Counted from the stretch's first letter, positions 25,094-38,581 are shown. The stretch is 64,000 nt of DNA from Oikopleura dioica (GCA_907165135.1 OU015568.1:3038001-3102000), one strand, 5' to 3'. A program made the numbers and translations. Notes: generated from the letters alone by a model not told the origin.

Positions 25094-25922
25094 TTAATCG
25101 GCACCGTCGATTCGGGTCTCCTTGGGGTTCTTCCAGCAGTGGTTGACGTAGTCCCAGTGCTTGTAGTCTCGCTGGTTGAAGGAACCAGTGTACTGAATTC
25201 AGGTTAGTAAGGGTCCGGTAGACTCTGAAAAATCTTACCTCGAGGAAGATGTTCTCGGCAGCGATGTTCATTCGGGTCTGGGCCCATCCGGGCTGCCAGA
25301 AGTACCAGAAACCGGCCTGGTTGGGCTTGAAGCCAGAGACATCGGTCTAGAGCGAAAATATAAGAGGGTGAAAAGGGTGGTGCTCTTACGTGGAGCTCGT
25401 AGACGAGGCAGGTGGTGGAGGCCATGACGAGCATGAAAGCGCCGAGGATGCCCTTCCACATGTCGGTTCCCTGCTGCTGTTCGGCAATTGGCTGCATGAA
25501 GGCACCTCGGTAAAGGGCTTCCTAAACGATCGGGTAAGAAATCGGACTTGAATGAAGCATGCTTTATCAGCTTTATTTTTAATTTTTCCTGGCTTACCTT
25601 CTCAGCAGCGGAGAGATCCTTCCAATCGCCGGATTCCTTGGCTCGAACGGCGGCGAGCTCGGAGCCGGGTCGACCGATCTGGAATGGTCGAATGGGGAAG
25701 GGAACGTGGAGGGTTTCGAAGAAGTGAAGGTTGAATTCGGGGTTGTCCTGAAGAGGGTTAAAAAGGAAAGAAACAAAGGCTCCCTACCTGGTTTCGTCGG
25801 GGATCGTTCTGTCCGACAATGTAGACTTCATCGCCAGTGGTGTTGCCGTGAGCGATGATACCAGAGGTCTGGGCACGGGCAAGGCCGACGGAGAGCAATC
25901 GACGACTTCCGACCTTCAACAT
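25094..25922 (-). CDS. COX4: Cytochrome c oxidase subunit 4
   Basis: Mitochondrial presequence MLKVGSRRLLSVGLAR, then VRAKESGDWKDLSAAEK|EALYRGAF, TM MWKGILGAFMLVMASTTCLV and C-terminal KHWDYVNHCWK; four GT-AG introns. Confidence 0.88.
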
Positions 25923-25991
25923 TCTAAAAAGAGAGGTGTCATTAAAAGTTGTGGATTATCCGTTCTTGAGCGAAGGCAGTTCAGAAAACAG
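25923..25991 (-). promoter_or_regulatory. 69-nt spacer with a candidate SL trans-splice acceptor (AAR2-COX4 operon)
   Basis: The AAR2 stop is followed within 69 nt by ctctctttttAG|A-ATG of COX4, leaving no room for a separate promoter. Confidence 0.65.
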
Positions 25992-27565
25992 CTAGAGTTG
26001 GACGATTGTGGGACCATCTTCGTCGTCATCTTCTGACTCTCCATCTTCGTAAAGCTTCCAGTTGAACTTTGTCTCGCAGTAGGTTCGAAATTTCGAGCTT
26101 CGGAGGAAAAGAGCGGGTGGTATTTCTGCTTTTGCGTCGAAGACATTTCGGAAAAGCTAAAATTTCATGAGATAGAATTTGAGTGGATCAGCGTTGCTTC
26201 AAAAAAAGCTGTCTCCAATTACCTGGTTGAGACATTGAAGAACGACATTGTTGGAGGACACGATGTCAACCATAAAATCTTCGGGCATCGTTTGGATTTG
26301 AAAGTAAAGGGCAGTGAAGAACTTCTGGTATAGAGCGGAATGCGTGACGATGTCGGTGCAGTAAGAAAAAACCCTGTATTCATCGGTTCAGTCGAAATCG
26401 AAAACTATCAGAAATCTCACCTGAGAAGCTGTTTCCAATGATCAAAGCTCGCCATATGCTGGCCAAGAACAAAAACAATGTACGAGTACTGCAGCTCTGC
26501 CAGCAAATCTTCCGAAGAGCCGGTTTTCTTCACGAGTTCTCCGAGAAACCAACTGGAGTCTTGAGCATGAAGAGATCTCTCGGAAGGGGAGCAATTTTCC
26601 GGCCACCATTGGCGACTAACGGCAGTGTATTGAATTCGACTTTCTTCGGTCTGAAAGTTGTAAGGTCAAAATAGAGAAATTCTAGAAATTTCTAACGACC
26701 GAGGAATCAGGGCCAGCCAAAAAAAAACAATTTAAAAAGACAAAATAGCCGAAAAACAGGCATATCAACTAAGAGCGGCATTTTTCCTTCACAGAGAAAA
26801 TCCAAAGGAAAATATTCTTTTTCTTTTACCTGGCTGAGAATAGGAAGCCCATCTTTATCCAACTTCGATCTGTTATTCTCATCCACAGCAGGGGTGTAAT
26901 CGCAAACGGAATCAACAAATCCACACTTCGGGTCCAACCGCAGCAAAGCCTTCTTCGAGATCAAGTTCGACAAGCCGCACCATTTCTTGTATTCTTCAAT
27001 CGGATACGGTGCCAGCTCGCCGTCCATCGTTTTGAGATTTTCTGGGAGGGCGATATTAGACGCTGTCAGTTGGTCGAGTTCTTTGAACACGGCGGAGGCA
27101 GGCTCCCATTTTCGGGAGAAGACTTCCTTTTGGGAGAAATTGTGGAAAAAGCCGGATGTGGGCGAGTTGTTGATTCTGAAATATGAGGTAAAATATGCGA
27201 GAAAGTCGCCTGCGGCTTCTAATTTTGAATTCTTCGTTTGCTTCAGGAATTTATAAAACTTAAATGAAAGCCGCGCGCGGCTTTTTCGAGTAGGATAAAA
27301 AAGAAAAAGACGAATTTGATTTTACCTGTACGAAATGTAGTGAACTCCTGGCGGTATCATCTTCAGTCCTTTGAACTTCGTATCTGTAGTCTTTCAACAA
27401 GGATTTTAATCATCATATTATCGAGAAATATCATTTAAAATTCATGAAAAGTTTAAGCCTTTGCCAAGAATTCCAATCAATCGAAAACTCAGTTCCTCTT
27501 GGAACTCCTAAGAGAATCAAAAAGGCGCCGTATTCGTGCAGTTTTTCGACTGTATTCGCATCCAT
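25992..27565 (-). CDS. AAR2: AAR2 (U5 snRNP assembly factor)
   Basis: MDANTVEKLHEYGAFLILLGVPRGTEFSIDWNSW, KFKGLKMIPPGVHYISY, LAPYPIEEYKKWCGLSNLIS, LLAELQYSYIVFVLGQHMASFDHWKQLL and the C-terminal KFNWKL plus acidic tail. Confidence 0.92.
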
Positions 27566-28052
27566 TTTCTTCTGAAAGTTTTTCTTTGATGGATTCTCGA
27601 AAATTGGCGAAACGAGTTTTCCGCGCAGAAACGAGAAAAAGACGTGCGCTCATTGGTCGAGGCAACTTGCCGAACAAAATGACTCATCGCGCCTTTTTCT
27701 GGAATAAAAAATGAAGAAAATTTCCTCAAAAATTGAAAAAGATAGAAGTGCTTGTTGAAGGAGAAAACAGCAAAATGAAACACTAAATTTTTAATCTAAT
27801 TCTAGGTAATCCGATCATCGAGAAAAAAATATTTGTATAAAATGAAGTTAAAATTTGGTCTTTCACATTTTTTACCGAACTGAGATCTGTGTCATCATAT
27901 TCATTGTAAGTTTCCTATCTCGATAAATAAATCAATTTTACTTAGAAAAGTTTTCTCGTCATTCTTTTTCGTCTCCACGGAATACTAACATTACACTATT
28001 ATCATTTTTATTTATTGTAGCAGTAAGTGTTCAAAATGTATGATAAGTCTCC

Positions 28053-31000
28053 TCATTCTTGATCTTTCTCTGATCCCTCTTCTGAACTCTCCGTGTTGAT
28101 TTTAACCATGTGAGTCCTCAGGTCTTCTTTAGTGTTGAGTTTCTTCGTCACCCAGAAACCAGGTAGTGTTGGGCTCATTCCGAACGGTTGTGTTTCTTGA
28201 TCTGGGTACATGTACGCCTGAAAACATGAGTTAGTCTTTCTGATTTATTGACAAAAATGACCTGTAATTGAGCATCGAATTTCTCAGGCGGGAAGAGAAT
28301 TCTATCGAAGTTGATTTGCTCTAACTCTTCTCTATAATAATCAATATCAATAAAGCGTTGATTTGGTCTAGGCATTCTTACACTGGAAGAAGTTTTGTAT
28401 TGACTTTTTGAACAAGATCGACGCTTATCTTCAACAGGAAGTCCTTCGCCTTTGCCTTGATCGTTCCTTCTATGTTTTTCGGAACCTTTTTCGGGCTTGT
28501 TCAACTCGTACTTTTCTCATTAAGTTACAGGTAGAAGAGCCCAGTCCCTTGATTCCGGCCAAAGATGCGGCTTTTTTCATCAGATCAATCTTATTCGATC
28601 CGAGAGGTCCAGAGATCTCACCCGCCGTTTTCTTCAGCGCTTTTTTGAGCTCAACCGGTGTTGATGTTGATTTATCATGAAGCCTAAAGCAATTAAGAAT
28701 CATTCAAGAAATGGAAAAAGCACCTGGAGATCGAAAGACCAGGATATTTGGCAAAGAGCTCTCCAAGCTTTTCGGATCCGGGTTCTTCTCTTTCAGACGA
28801 GTTTTGCTCCTCGACATCAGCTAAGATCTCTTTGAATGTCTTCGATTTATCTGTCAAAAAGGCAAGAAGAGTATGTGCTTCGTCAATGAGTTCTCCATCG
28901 TATTCATGAATCTACGAGGGGATACAACTTTTCGACCTACTAAAATGAAGAGAAAGAGGTTGATCCCGGTAACAAATCGCATCTCGGTTCGCAGGCCCGA
29001 TCAAGTTCTCCGATTCGTTTCGCCATTTCCGTAGTTTTCTCGATTTCTTCCACATCGACATACACCTTTTGCTCTTTTCAATCTTTCAAAATCATATTTT
29101 TCAAGGATATTTTTCACTTTGAAAGACTCTTGCCCGTCTCATCAGTATCATCTTCCCAGTCGTGGAAGTCGACGTAGTCCAGAAGATCGATATTTGTCGA
29201 GAAATCTTTGAGAAGTGGTTTACCATCATGCTCCTCCTGTTCATCATCATGTTCGTTGCCAGCAATATCTTCAGAAAAGTCGACATCTTCTTCGTTTATA
29301 TCAATGTCTGAGATATCAACTTCTTCGGGAATATTTTCATCGTCAATTTTAACTTGATTTTCAACTTCGCCGTTTTCGTTCAGATATTTCTTGAATCCTT
29401 GCCGATGAAGATGTTCCTCGATCAAAAGAGAAGGATCAAGATATTGAGTCTTCGCATGAGACTTTGGCTTCTTTGGCTCTGGATGATAAGCAGTTGATTT
29501 CGTCTTCATTTCAGGCATTGCGAAGAATTTTTTGTTCAACCAAAGAGCAAAGCCTTTTGCAGCCTCTTGGAAGAACACCTGTGTCTCTAGAATAAAGCTC
29601 GAAAACTAAAAATCGTCCAAAAATGTACTTGGAGCGGCCTTAATCGCAAGAGTTCCAACAAGGGATCCACCAAGAGCTCCACCAGCCGCAGCTCCAAGCG
29701 TTTCAGCTGCTCCAGGAACATATGGCACTTCCGGTACAATAGTTGGTGGAGGGATTTCTTCCGGAGGCGGAGCTAAATTCGTTTTCAAAGGGGAATATAA
29801 GCTTCAATTTTTACGCATTCGACAAGTAAATGCCAAGAAATTTTCAGCAGCTGATGTGTCATTCGAATTTTGCTGAGTCCTTTTTTATGTTTTTCTTTAA
29901 ATAATAAGATGATGAATTCGCTAGAAAAACCCGTTCATGAAGCCTTGGTAATCTCCGTATAAATCACTGGTGCAATTGTAGGTGCCTTGAGATGGGAAGG
30001 GCATTTTACTGATCCACAAGTCAATTCCATGCACCGGCTTTCCCCAGTTATAGTCCGTGTCGAATTCTTGTTCGCCGAATAAACGACCCTTTGCTCCTTT
30101 CTTGCCTCCTTTTGACCCGATTTGATCTTCGGGGCAACCCTTAAAACTGAAGTCAAAGAGAAGAATACTTATTATCTCGGACGTCGGTATTGTTGATCGT
30201 GGCAATATGAAAGAAACCCATCACCGTATCACTCGAGCTTGAGTCACTTTGAGCTCTGAAAGCAGTTGTCGCTCCGACTTGATAAAACTGCTCGTAATTC
30301 AAGATTCCAGTGAACAAGCTAGACTGATCCATTCCAAATCCAAGTCCATTAAAAGCCAGCCCATCGCATTCTTTGAATTCTCCTCCAAAAATCTCCTCGA
30401 AGTTCTTGCCAGGAAAGAATGTCACATTCTGAGGAAATATTCTAGCGCGCTCGTTGTTGATTGCATCTCGCTCATCATCATTTCTTGCCGTGTCTGGAGA
30501 AGTTGTATTCGTAAATGGATTTTCTTCCTGATACCACGTGATGAAATGTCCGTGCTTTTTCTCAACACATTCGTAGCTTCTTTGATTGCAGGAAAGATCG
30601 AATCCGGGAGTCCACTGCATTTTGAAATACAGTCCTCCTTGATTTTCCAGATATCGAAAAGGCTTCATATTGAGCCAGGAAGTGGCATTATTTCGATTTC
30701 CCGACGGTCCTTTGAAGATAAAACAGTCATCAGAGTCTACACTTTCACACCGTTCATTGTTTCTCAGTGCAATTATGTCTTCAATGCGGAAGAAGTCGCA
30801 GTCAGGATCGCTCGGGTTGCATTCCTCGCTGAAAACTTGATGATAGACGTGAAAGACGCTGTTCCGAGGAAGAGTTTGGCAAATGAAGAATTTCTCGTCG
30901 ACATCGCATCTGGTGTCGCCAAGCTTGAGATCCTTGTTTAGATAGACACAGTCGTCGTCGTTGGGGTCGAGGGAGTTGGGATCGTCATCTGCCCACATTC

Positions 31001-31778
31001 CCTGCTCATCGATGTCATCCCAACTAAACAGGAAAGTTTGTCATTTCGCGAAGAAAAAGGGATGCTTACTCAAAATTGTTTCCTTTCGAGCCATCGTTAA
31101 GAAAATTATCAGCCGGGTAGGGGTCGTCTTCTTCCTCATCATCCGCTTGTCGTCTCCTCCTTAATTTCATTTTTCTTTAAAGTTTTTAAAAATCAAGGAA
31201 CCGGAAGTCATGGGTTTTGTTCGTTCCGTCGTTGACATTCCATCGATCTATTCGATAATTTCCCTCGGAGTCCTTTTTTATATCATTGTAATACACCCAA
31301 AATTCTGAATAAGCCGATACTGGCTCCATGCCTTCGGGTCTGAGGGTCCCTTCTGGCCAAGCAGATGCGTTGAATCCGTTGATATCTCGTTGGCGATTGC
31401 GAAAAGTATCGAGAAAATGAAGGTAGTTTTCATCATAAATTCGAGCTCAAAAGGTCTTCATAAAATTTTCCGATAAGATAATTTTCTGTCTAATCAAGAC
31501 CTTCCTAAATGGGATTTGTGCAGATGACAATGTTTTTGCGCATCTTTCCAATGCTTGTACTCTTCAAAAAATCTCACGCAAGTGTGATGCTTAGCTTCAC
31601 AAGTCCAAGTCGAATTGACTTTTTCATGATCTGGCAGAACAAAAAGCTCCTCCTCAGTTTCGTTTGCATCATTGGCGCTCTTGAGATTGATAACAGGAGC
31701 TTCTATTTCATGCACAAGCTCTTCAACTTTTTTTAGTTCCTCTTCGAGCTCCTCTAAAAAAGCGAGGCGGTCATTCAT
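28053..31778 (-). CDS. C-type lectin domain type I membrane protein with a long cytoplasmic tail; 5' end uncertain
   Basis: CTLD hallmarks TCVRFFEEYKHWKDAQKHCHLHKSHL|ARIY, FWVYYND and WADDDPN...DCVYL...DTRC...FFICQ. Phase-consistent splicing continues through PPPPEEIPPP, a Gly/Ala TM (AAAGGALGGSLVGTLAI) and an acidic tail. Confidence 0.6.
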
Positions 31779-31913
31779 TTTTGAAAGAAAAGGATATGGA
31801 AAATGAGGAAGTATTAAAATATGACTTCCGGTGTCATTTTTTTACTTTTCAGTATAACAACGTAACAGAAGAATATCTCCAGTGTGAAATTTTGATAAGC
31901 AAAAATAAACTTC

Positions 31914-33967
31914 ATGGCTTTGACTGTTTACTTCTTACGTATTGATGGCCTTATTTAATAAATCTCAGGAGGAGGCTGCAATGCATACAAAACTGCAACA
32001 CCTCAAATATCCATCCAAGATTTGAGACTGGTAACGCCCCTCTGGCCAGTGCAGGGCCGATTTCAGAGAAGAAAGGCTTTTCATCGATGGGTGACAGTGG
32101 GGTTTTCACCTCAAATAATCAGATTCCTCGGGATGACGAAGCCTTTCAAACGTAAAGGAAAAAAATACTCGATGAAAAAAAATTTTAGTGCCCAAACGGA
32201 AATCGACTACGACAGCAATAATCTACGGCAAACGAATGCTACCGATTTTTACCCAAGAAATCTTCCTGTCACTCAAGCGCCAAGGCCAAGAATGCAGACG
32301 GTGCAAAATCTTACGCAACAAACGGTAAATTTATTTAAAAAATCTCCTCTCAGATAAATTTTTAGAATAAGATGTCCCTGAAAAATAACTGCCAAGGGTG
32401 TTCTGAAAAAGATATGACAATTTCAAAGCTTCAAAATCACATTCAACAGCTGGAGGCGACTTTGAAAATGACTCAAATGAGCTTGGAGGTACGAAAAAAA
32501 TATTGCTGAAAATTTTCATTCTTGCAGAGTCGAAACTCAATGATGGAAGAATCAAGAACACCTGGATTTGTAGCTCAATCTGGTTCAACTATCAGTATCA
32601 ATAATTTCTTCTCGGGCAGTGCACCTTCTCCAGAAAGACGGTCTAGGCGGAAGAGCTCTCTTTCTTCGAACAATGACTTTCAAAGACAGTGGTCGTCTCC
32701 TTCAAGTCAACCATGATAATAGATGAAATAAATTTTGTTCGTAAATCAAAGTTTCCCTTCTCGGCTGAGTGTATTTGCAGACAGATTTTTATTTAAATAG
32801 AGAAAAGGAAAATCGTCAAGTCGAATGCAAGCATTCGCATATTTCAGAAAAGCAAGCAAGTAGATTTTTCTATGGCAAAACGCATGGAGACAGAAGCAGG
32901 TTTAGAGAAAGAAGAAAACGTTAAAGACTCAAAAATCAAAAGTCATCCTCCTGAAAAGATGAAAAGAAATGTCGAAATCGAAAAGTTCATGCCAGTTGAG
33001 ACCGTAGATAATTGTATAAAGGAAACTCAGATTGGTCTTGATGCTGTTTCAATAAGCAAGTAAGAAATTGTCTTTTGTTATTGAGTAGAAAAAACTCATT
33101 TATTATTTTGTAGGAAAGAAACCGAAGAAATCCCTACTGAAACTGCCCGAAATACTTGGAACACGTCTTTTATGAATCGTAGAAACAGGTTGATTCCCAA
33201 GATGAACAATTATTCAAATTTTTTTTAGAACAATACATGGTTTACTGAAGCCTTCTGATTTTGAAACGAAGCCCTTGCCAGCAAAAGACAGCACTACAAA
33301 TGTCCACAGGAATATCGCAAATATTACTCCGATAAAAACGAGACCGGTAAAGAACCAATTATGAGTTTGTCATTGTGATTGTAGCAGCCCGAAGAGCTTT
33401 CATGTCGACAATGTCAAGAGAAAGATCTTGTTATCGACCACTTGAAGAGAGAGAATGAAGCAAAAGACCACAAAATAGCAGCATTGACATCGGAAACTGC
33501 TCGACTTACTCGAATGAGTCAATATCAGGTAAACTATACTACTACGCGCAAAACATTCAACATGAGCTTCAGTCTCAACGCCAAGAATCGAATCCAGCAT
33601 CTCGAATTCTCATATTCAAAATATCCATACAGGATCTCCACCAAAACAAGAACCTTCCCAATTTCCACCATTTTCTTATCAGTTTGGTCGAGGTCTAAGT
33701 CCAGCGAACTCAGTCAGAACAAGTGCAACATTTGAGCATAGATTCACATCACCTGACGAAATTAACTAAACGTTTGGGCCCCGGAAATAATAATTTATTG
33801 TAAATACTAATCGTCAACTGTATCTGTCTTCCTCAAAAATAAATAACTTCCTTTCTTCCGAAACTCAAAAAGTTACACGTTACGAAGACCACCAATCCGA
33901 TGTCGCCAGATGTAGCTACTCATCCGTCGACTCTATTTTTTCACAAAACGGGCCTCGTGCCGTCTGA
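31914..33967 (+). CDS. Hypothetical Ser-rich / coiled-coil protein
   Basis: A run of same-strand open exons separated by GT-AG introns (e.g. 32022-32357, 32522-32716, 32872-33063, 33442-33530); no recognisable domain. Confidence 0.4.
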
Positions 33968-36402
33968 TGAAATTTTCAAGGCCAAGCCCCTGGATTGCGG
34001 TCGTTCCCTGGATTCCGGAAGAGGCTGTTAAAATAGTATCTTTGCGCAAAAGAAAAAACAGGGATTTTCAGGCCAAATGCGTTTTCGGCTGTTTGAGTTA
34101 TTGTTTTGGATGAAACAAGAAGAATATAACGTCAATCTTGGCCACTTGAAATCGTGTGAAAAGGGCTCAAAATCAAAGCGGTCTTACTTATCTTACGTGA
34201 TTACCAAAACCCTTTTTTATTTACTCTATTTAGCAAATTAATTCGAAAACACGTTTCGCCCCTCTCAGCGGTCCTATCACGTGGTTTTTAAAAGAACAAC
34301 TCTGAACAATAAATTTTCATCTGGCATTTTCGCAACTGTTCAAATTTTATGACAAAACGTGAAAACGAAATCAAAACCGTGTTGAGACGGTTAATTTTGC
34401 GTTTTTAGTCTACCAGGCTGATAAGAACCGCCACTTGATATAATTTTCATGATTCACAATTTGAGTTCAAATCCAATTTTTCAAGTCAAACAAGAATTCT
34501 CGTTTTCGTAACCGTCACTTTTGCAATTTCAAAGTCAATTTTCTTTAAAAAAGAAAAATCTTTTTCGGAAACCTGTGTGAAATCCTGAGTCAGGGTCATA
34601 AAAATTAAAGTTCAAAATCTCTTCGATCAATTTTCAAGAGCCTATAGTTGAAATTGTACCGCCCTTTCACCCCCTCTTTTTGATAAGATAGACGTAATCA
34701 AGCCCATTTTTCATACCAATTTACTAAACCACATGTTTATCGCCGTTTTTGTGAACGTATTGAGTTCCTCTTTTTTAGAACGACGCTAGCAAAAAGTGAT
34801 AGCTTACGTAACACGCAATAGATCTTCCTAAAGAATATGTCTGTTTTCTTGTCACGTGTTGACCAGCGTTTTTTTTTGGCAGAAAGAACATTCCGACAAT
34901 GCTTCCGACGGAAGCATTATCGGGATTACGACCAGAGTCGGATTTGTCACATTCAAAATGTTGGATTTTGGAAGGATCAACTTCCTGTGAAAAAAGGTCC
35001 TCTCCTTCGCGCCTGGAATGCGTCTTATTACCCAGTTCACTCAAACTCCTCGCCCTCGACTGTTACGTTGCCGATTTCCAACGATCTTTTAGTGGGCCAT
35101 TCATTTTTCCGGAATTGTCGCTTCGAGGGCCCGTAGAAGTAGAACCCGCATAGCATCACCTTCTACCTGTCTCAGGACACTTGTCGTTTTTGTCTTCGCG
35201 TCTTATTATATAAAATATTATAAAATTGTCAAGACGGAAATTCACAGCACTTGAGGGATTACTAATCCCGGATCACGTTTTTTGGGCATACCGGAAAAGT
35301 TCAGACATGAGCACTATTGATGAATAGAAGGTCTCTTTTTTAGATTCATTTCGACAAAAAAGGGGTTTTTTTTTAATTTATTTTATTTCAAAGATTGTCG
35401 ACTATATTGATTGCAGGGAAAACGTACTAGTAGTAGGTCATTTTATTCATAATAGTAAACAGTAAAATAATTTTTACGAAAATAATCAAAAGTTATTCAA
35501 TATTTTCACGCTATCAACATTCATCTCGAGTATTTTCGCTTCATTTTGTCCAATTCGTGGTCAAGATTCTCAATGATTTCATATTTTTCGTTTTTATTTT
35601 TGAATTTTTTTCCTCATTTTTGTCAAAAAATTATCTCAACTTCATTTCGGAATTAACAGAATCCGAATGAGCAGCAGAAACTGACCCAGAAATTCAAAAC
35701 GCCGGGCAAGAACAAACTGAGAAGTTGAGCAAATACAGTCTCTTAGACTCGCCATTGTGCGAGAATTTCCAAAATGTCTAGTTTCGATTGCATAATCGAC
35801 CAAATTGTGCCTCCCAAAAACCGCGAATTGCCATGTGAACAGCAGTCAAGGTGAAAGTTTTCTTATCCCCTTCTTACTGACCAAAAATCACTGTAGCCAC
35901 GAAAGTTTCGTTAGAAAAATTTCTAAAAGTCGCCTTAAATTTGCCCAAAAATGGTGAGATAATATTTGATGCTTTTGGCAGCCGCGAAATAAGCCGTATT
36001 CTGGCCGCATTCAGCGATTGAAAAGATAACACAATTAAAAAAAGAGTCAAGCTTAGATTATGTGTTTGCTGGAGAAATATTTTCGCGTCATCCTCTCAAC
36101 GTGCACCTGGGCGCGATATCATCCCACTTATAAAGACAATTCAAATAAGGGCACGCCCGGTTCCACTCATTTCGTCCGAGAATAGCCAAGCTGTGTAAAC
36201 TATTGAATTAGAATACTTTTTAGCGTCACAAGTTTTGAATCATAAGCATTTTTTGTTCAAGTTTACAGTAGCTCAGATCATTAAACGAGACACTTGTCAG
36301 TTGAAAATTTAGTGTTCAATAATGGTCGTAAAATCTCTTTTATTTATATGTTTTCGAACACGAGCGTATAATTTTACGTTCAAATTTGACAATTGTCAGA
36401 GG

Positions 36403-37339
36403 ATGTCTGATCGAAAGAGAGGCGTTTTAAGTCTTGAAAAACGAGAAATTCCATCGAGCTTTTTGGTTGGTTGCTTTCGAGCTTCTAGTTTTGCTTGCGC
36501 TGATTGCTGGTTTATTCCATTATTTGTTTCTCTCATTATCAAAAGATATTTTAGCGTAATCACGAATGAACTTTATGTCAATTCTTGGCCCTGTACGTTT
36601 AGAGAAAGGATTTATTGCAAAGATTGTGCAAATTCACTATCGTTAACGCACAAAAGAAATTGTGAATGTAAATACGTGACAAACGATGTATCAACTCTTC
36701 GGTTCCGATGCTTTTCTGTCATTTGTAGAGAGACCCATACATTCGATGGGTTTTTCGAGCATTTTGCTCAACACAAGCAAAGATCACAAGAATTGATAAA
36801 AGTTCAAGAAAATATCAGGAGTTCTCAAATTGGAACACTTCCTGATGACATTGAAAAAGACCTCAACCTTCGGGAGAACGAACTTAAGTCAGTAAGAGTT
36901 GAATGGGAAAAACTAGTTTCTGATGAAAAGGCAAAAACAGCTCGACTTGAATCGATAGAAAAAGCGATTGACAGTAATTGCGCATCAATAGAGAATCTTT
37001 TGCAAACTAACGAAAAACTGACAGAAGAAAAGAAGAAAATCGAAAAAGAGCTAGAAGCTTTTTCCGAGAGAAAACAAATGATTCGGGAAATAACATCAAG
37101 ATCGTCAAATCAAGGTTAACTTCAAACTTGTTTTCGAAATAAATTTATTTAAAGAAGAAGCTGATGAAAACTCCTGCAAAGTCTGCTTTTCGTCTTTCGA
37201 TAAAAACCTCCACCACCAGTCTTGCATCACGAAATGCTTTCATACCTTCTGCTACTCATGCCTCAATTCTGTCAATCCGAAGAACTGTCCAAGTTGCAGA
37301 AAGCCGTTCCAAATGAGCGATGTTCGAAAACTCTTCTGA
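36403..37339 (+). CDS. RING finger protein: N-terminal Cys/His Zn modules, coiled coil, C-terminal C3HC4 RING
   Basis: Last exon CKVCFSSF...CITKCFHTFCYSCL...CPSCRKPF...KLF*, joined by a GT-AG intron to ORF 36322-37119 (CADC, YCKDC, FRC..C..H, heptad region). Confidence 0.85.
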
Positions 37340-38492
37340 TAACCACGCTTTATCCTAATTTCCTGACTTTCGAATCGACTTATCCATTGTTTCCCTAATA
37401 AAAAAAGATTCTGAGAGAAATGACGGACCTTATGAAAAAGTGTTGAAATCTTGTGGGAGCTCGGGAATTTCGTGCTTTTCTTTGGGTGGGTTGAGAAGAA
37501 CGCGAATTGCTGCAACGTTGGAGCGGAAACTCGCCGCATTATTCATCGTGTGGTTATTCGCTGGGCTCTTCAATCGCCAAAACAGCGTTCTTTGTGTGCG
37601 AGATTCGCTTTTTTTCCGCATAAAATTAATAATTGCTCGAGTACTTTTTCACTGAATATTTCGCCCTTGTTTATCCCGCTCTAGAATTCCTGAATTGATC
37701 GTTTTTCTCAAAAATGCGCGGAGGAAAATAAAAACGTTCTTCGAAAAAGCAAAAAAAAAAATTGAAACAACACGATCGTGGACTCGAAATCGAGTGCTTC
37801 AAACACGTAAAATTACGGGAAAGAGGTGATTGTTATGCACGGTACTTATTGACTTCGTTCAATTGTGTGACTTGAGAGTGAGGCTTGATTGTTCAAATTC
37901 GTCACTGCTTTGGACGAGCTGGAAGTGCTGGACTTGACGAAAATATTGAATATTTACGGCTGCCTCTTGAAATCCTTTCTGGGGCGGAGGGAGGTCCTTA
38001 ATTTTGCGATGCATAAATGTTTAGCGATTTCGACCCTACTAGACAGGAAGAAGGGGGTTCTCTAAGAAAGAGATGACTATAAGTGATTTTTGCCGTAATA
38101 ATATACGAGCTCATTTTTATAATTTTGCAAAAATTGAAAAAAAAATTGGAAATTTGTCCCAGAATAACCCCTTGAAATATTATTTGTAGCGTTCTAAATT
38201 TATTTAGAAACAGCAAATCAAGTCCCGGGTGTTGAGAAACGCGTAAAATAGCCCCATCTGGGCGCTTTTGTATATTCAACGTTGAAATTTCATATTCATC
38301 GCGATGATGTGGTTAGCCAGTTCTGCTTCCGCCCGTGAGACGATATCGCCAGCCACTTAGAAGCACAGCTGGCCTAGAATCACGACAAGTCAGTGGAGCG
38401 TTTTCACTTTCAATCGGCAAGTCTAGACTATCTTTTGAAAACATAATTGCAATTCCAGTCAAAAAAATGTTCATCAAAATTTTGAGAACCGA

Positions 38493-38581
38493 GAAGCCGC
38501 TTGCAGCTTCGAGTAAAAATGAATTAAGCCGCGCTTTGCGCGGCTATTTGTTCCTTATTACTCGAAGCCGCAAGCGGCTTC
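38493..38581. repeat. Cluster of three AGCCGC-n-GCGGCT palindromes (dispersed family)
   Basis: GAAGCCGCTTGCAGCTTC, AGCCGCGCTTTGCGCGGCT and GAAGCCGCAAGCGGCTTC; further copies at 24705, 24785, 27267 and 40072. Confidence 0.75.
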
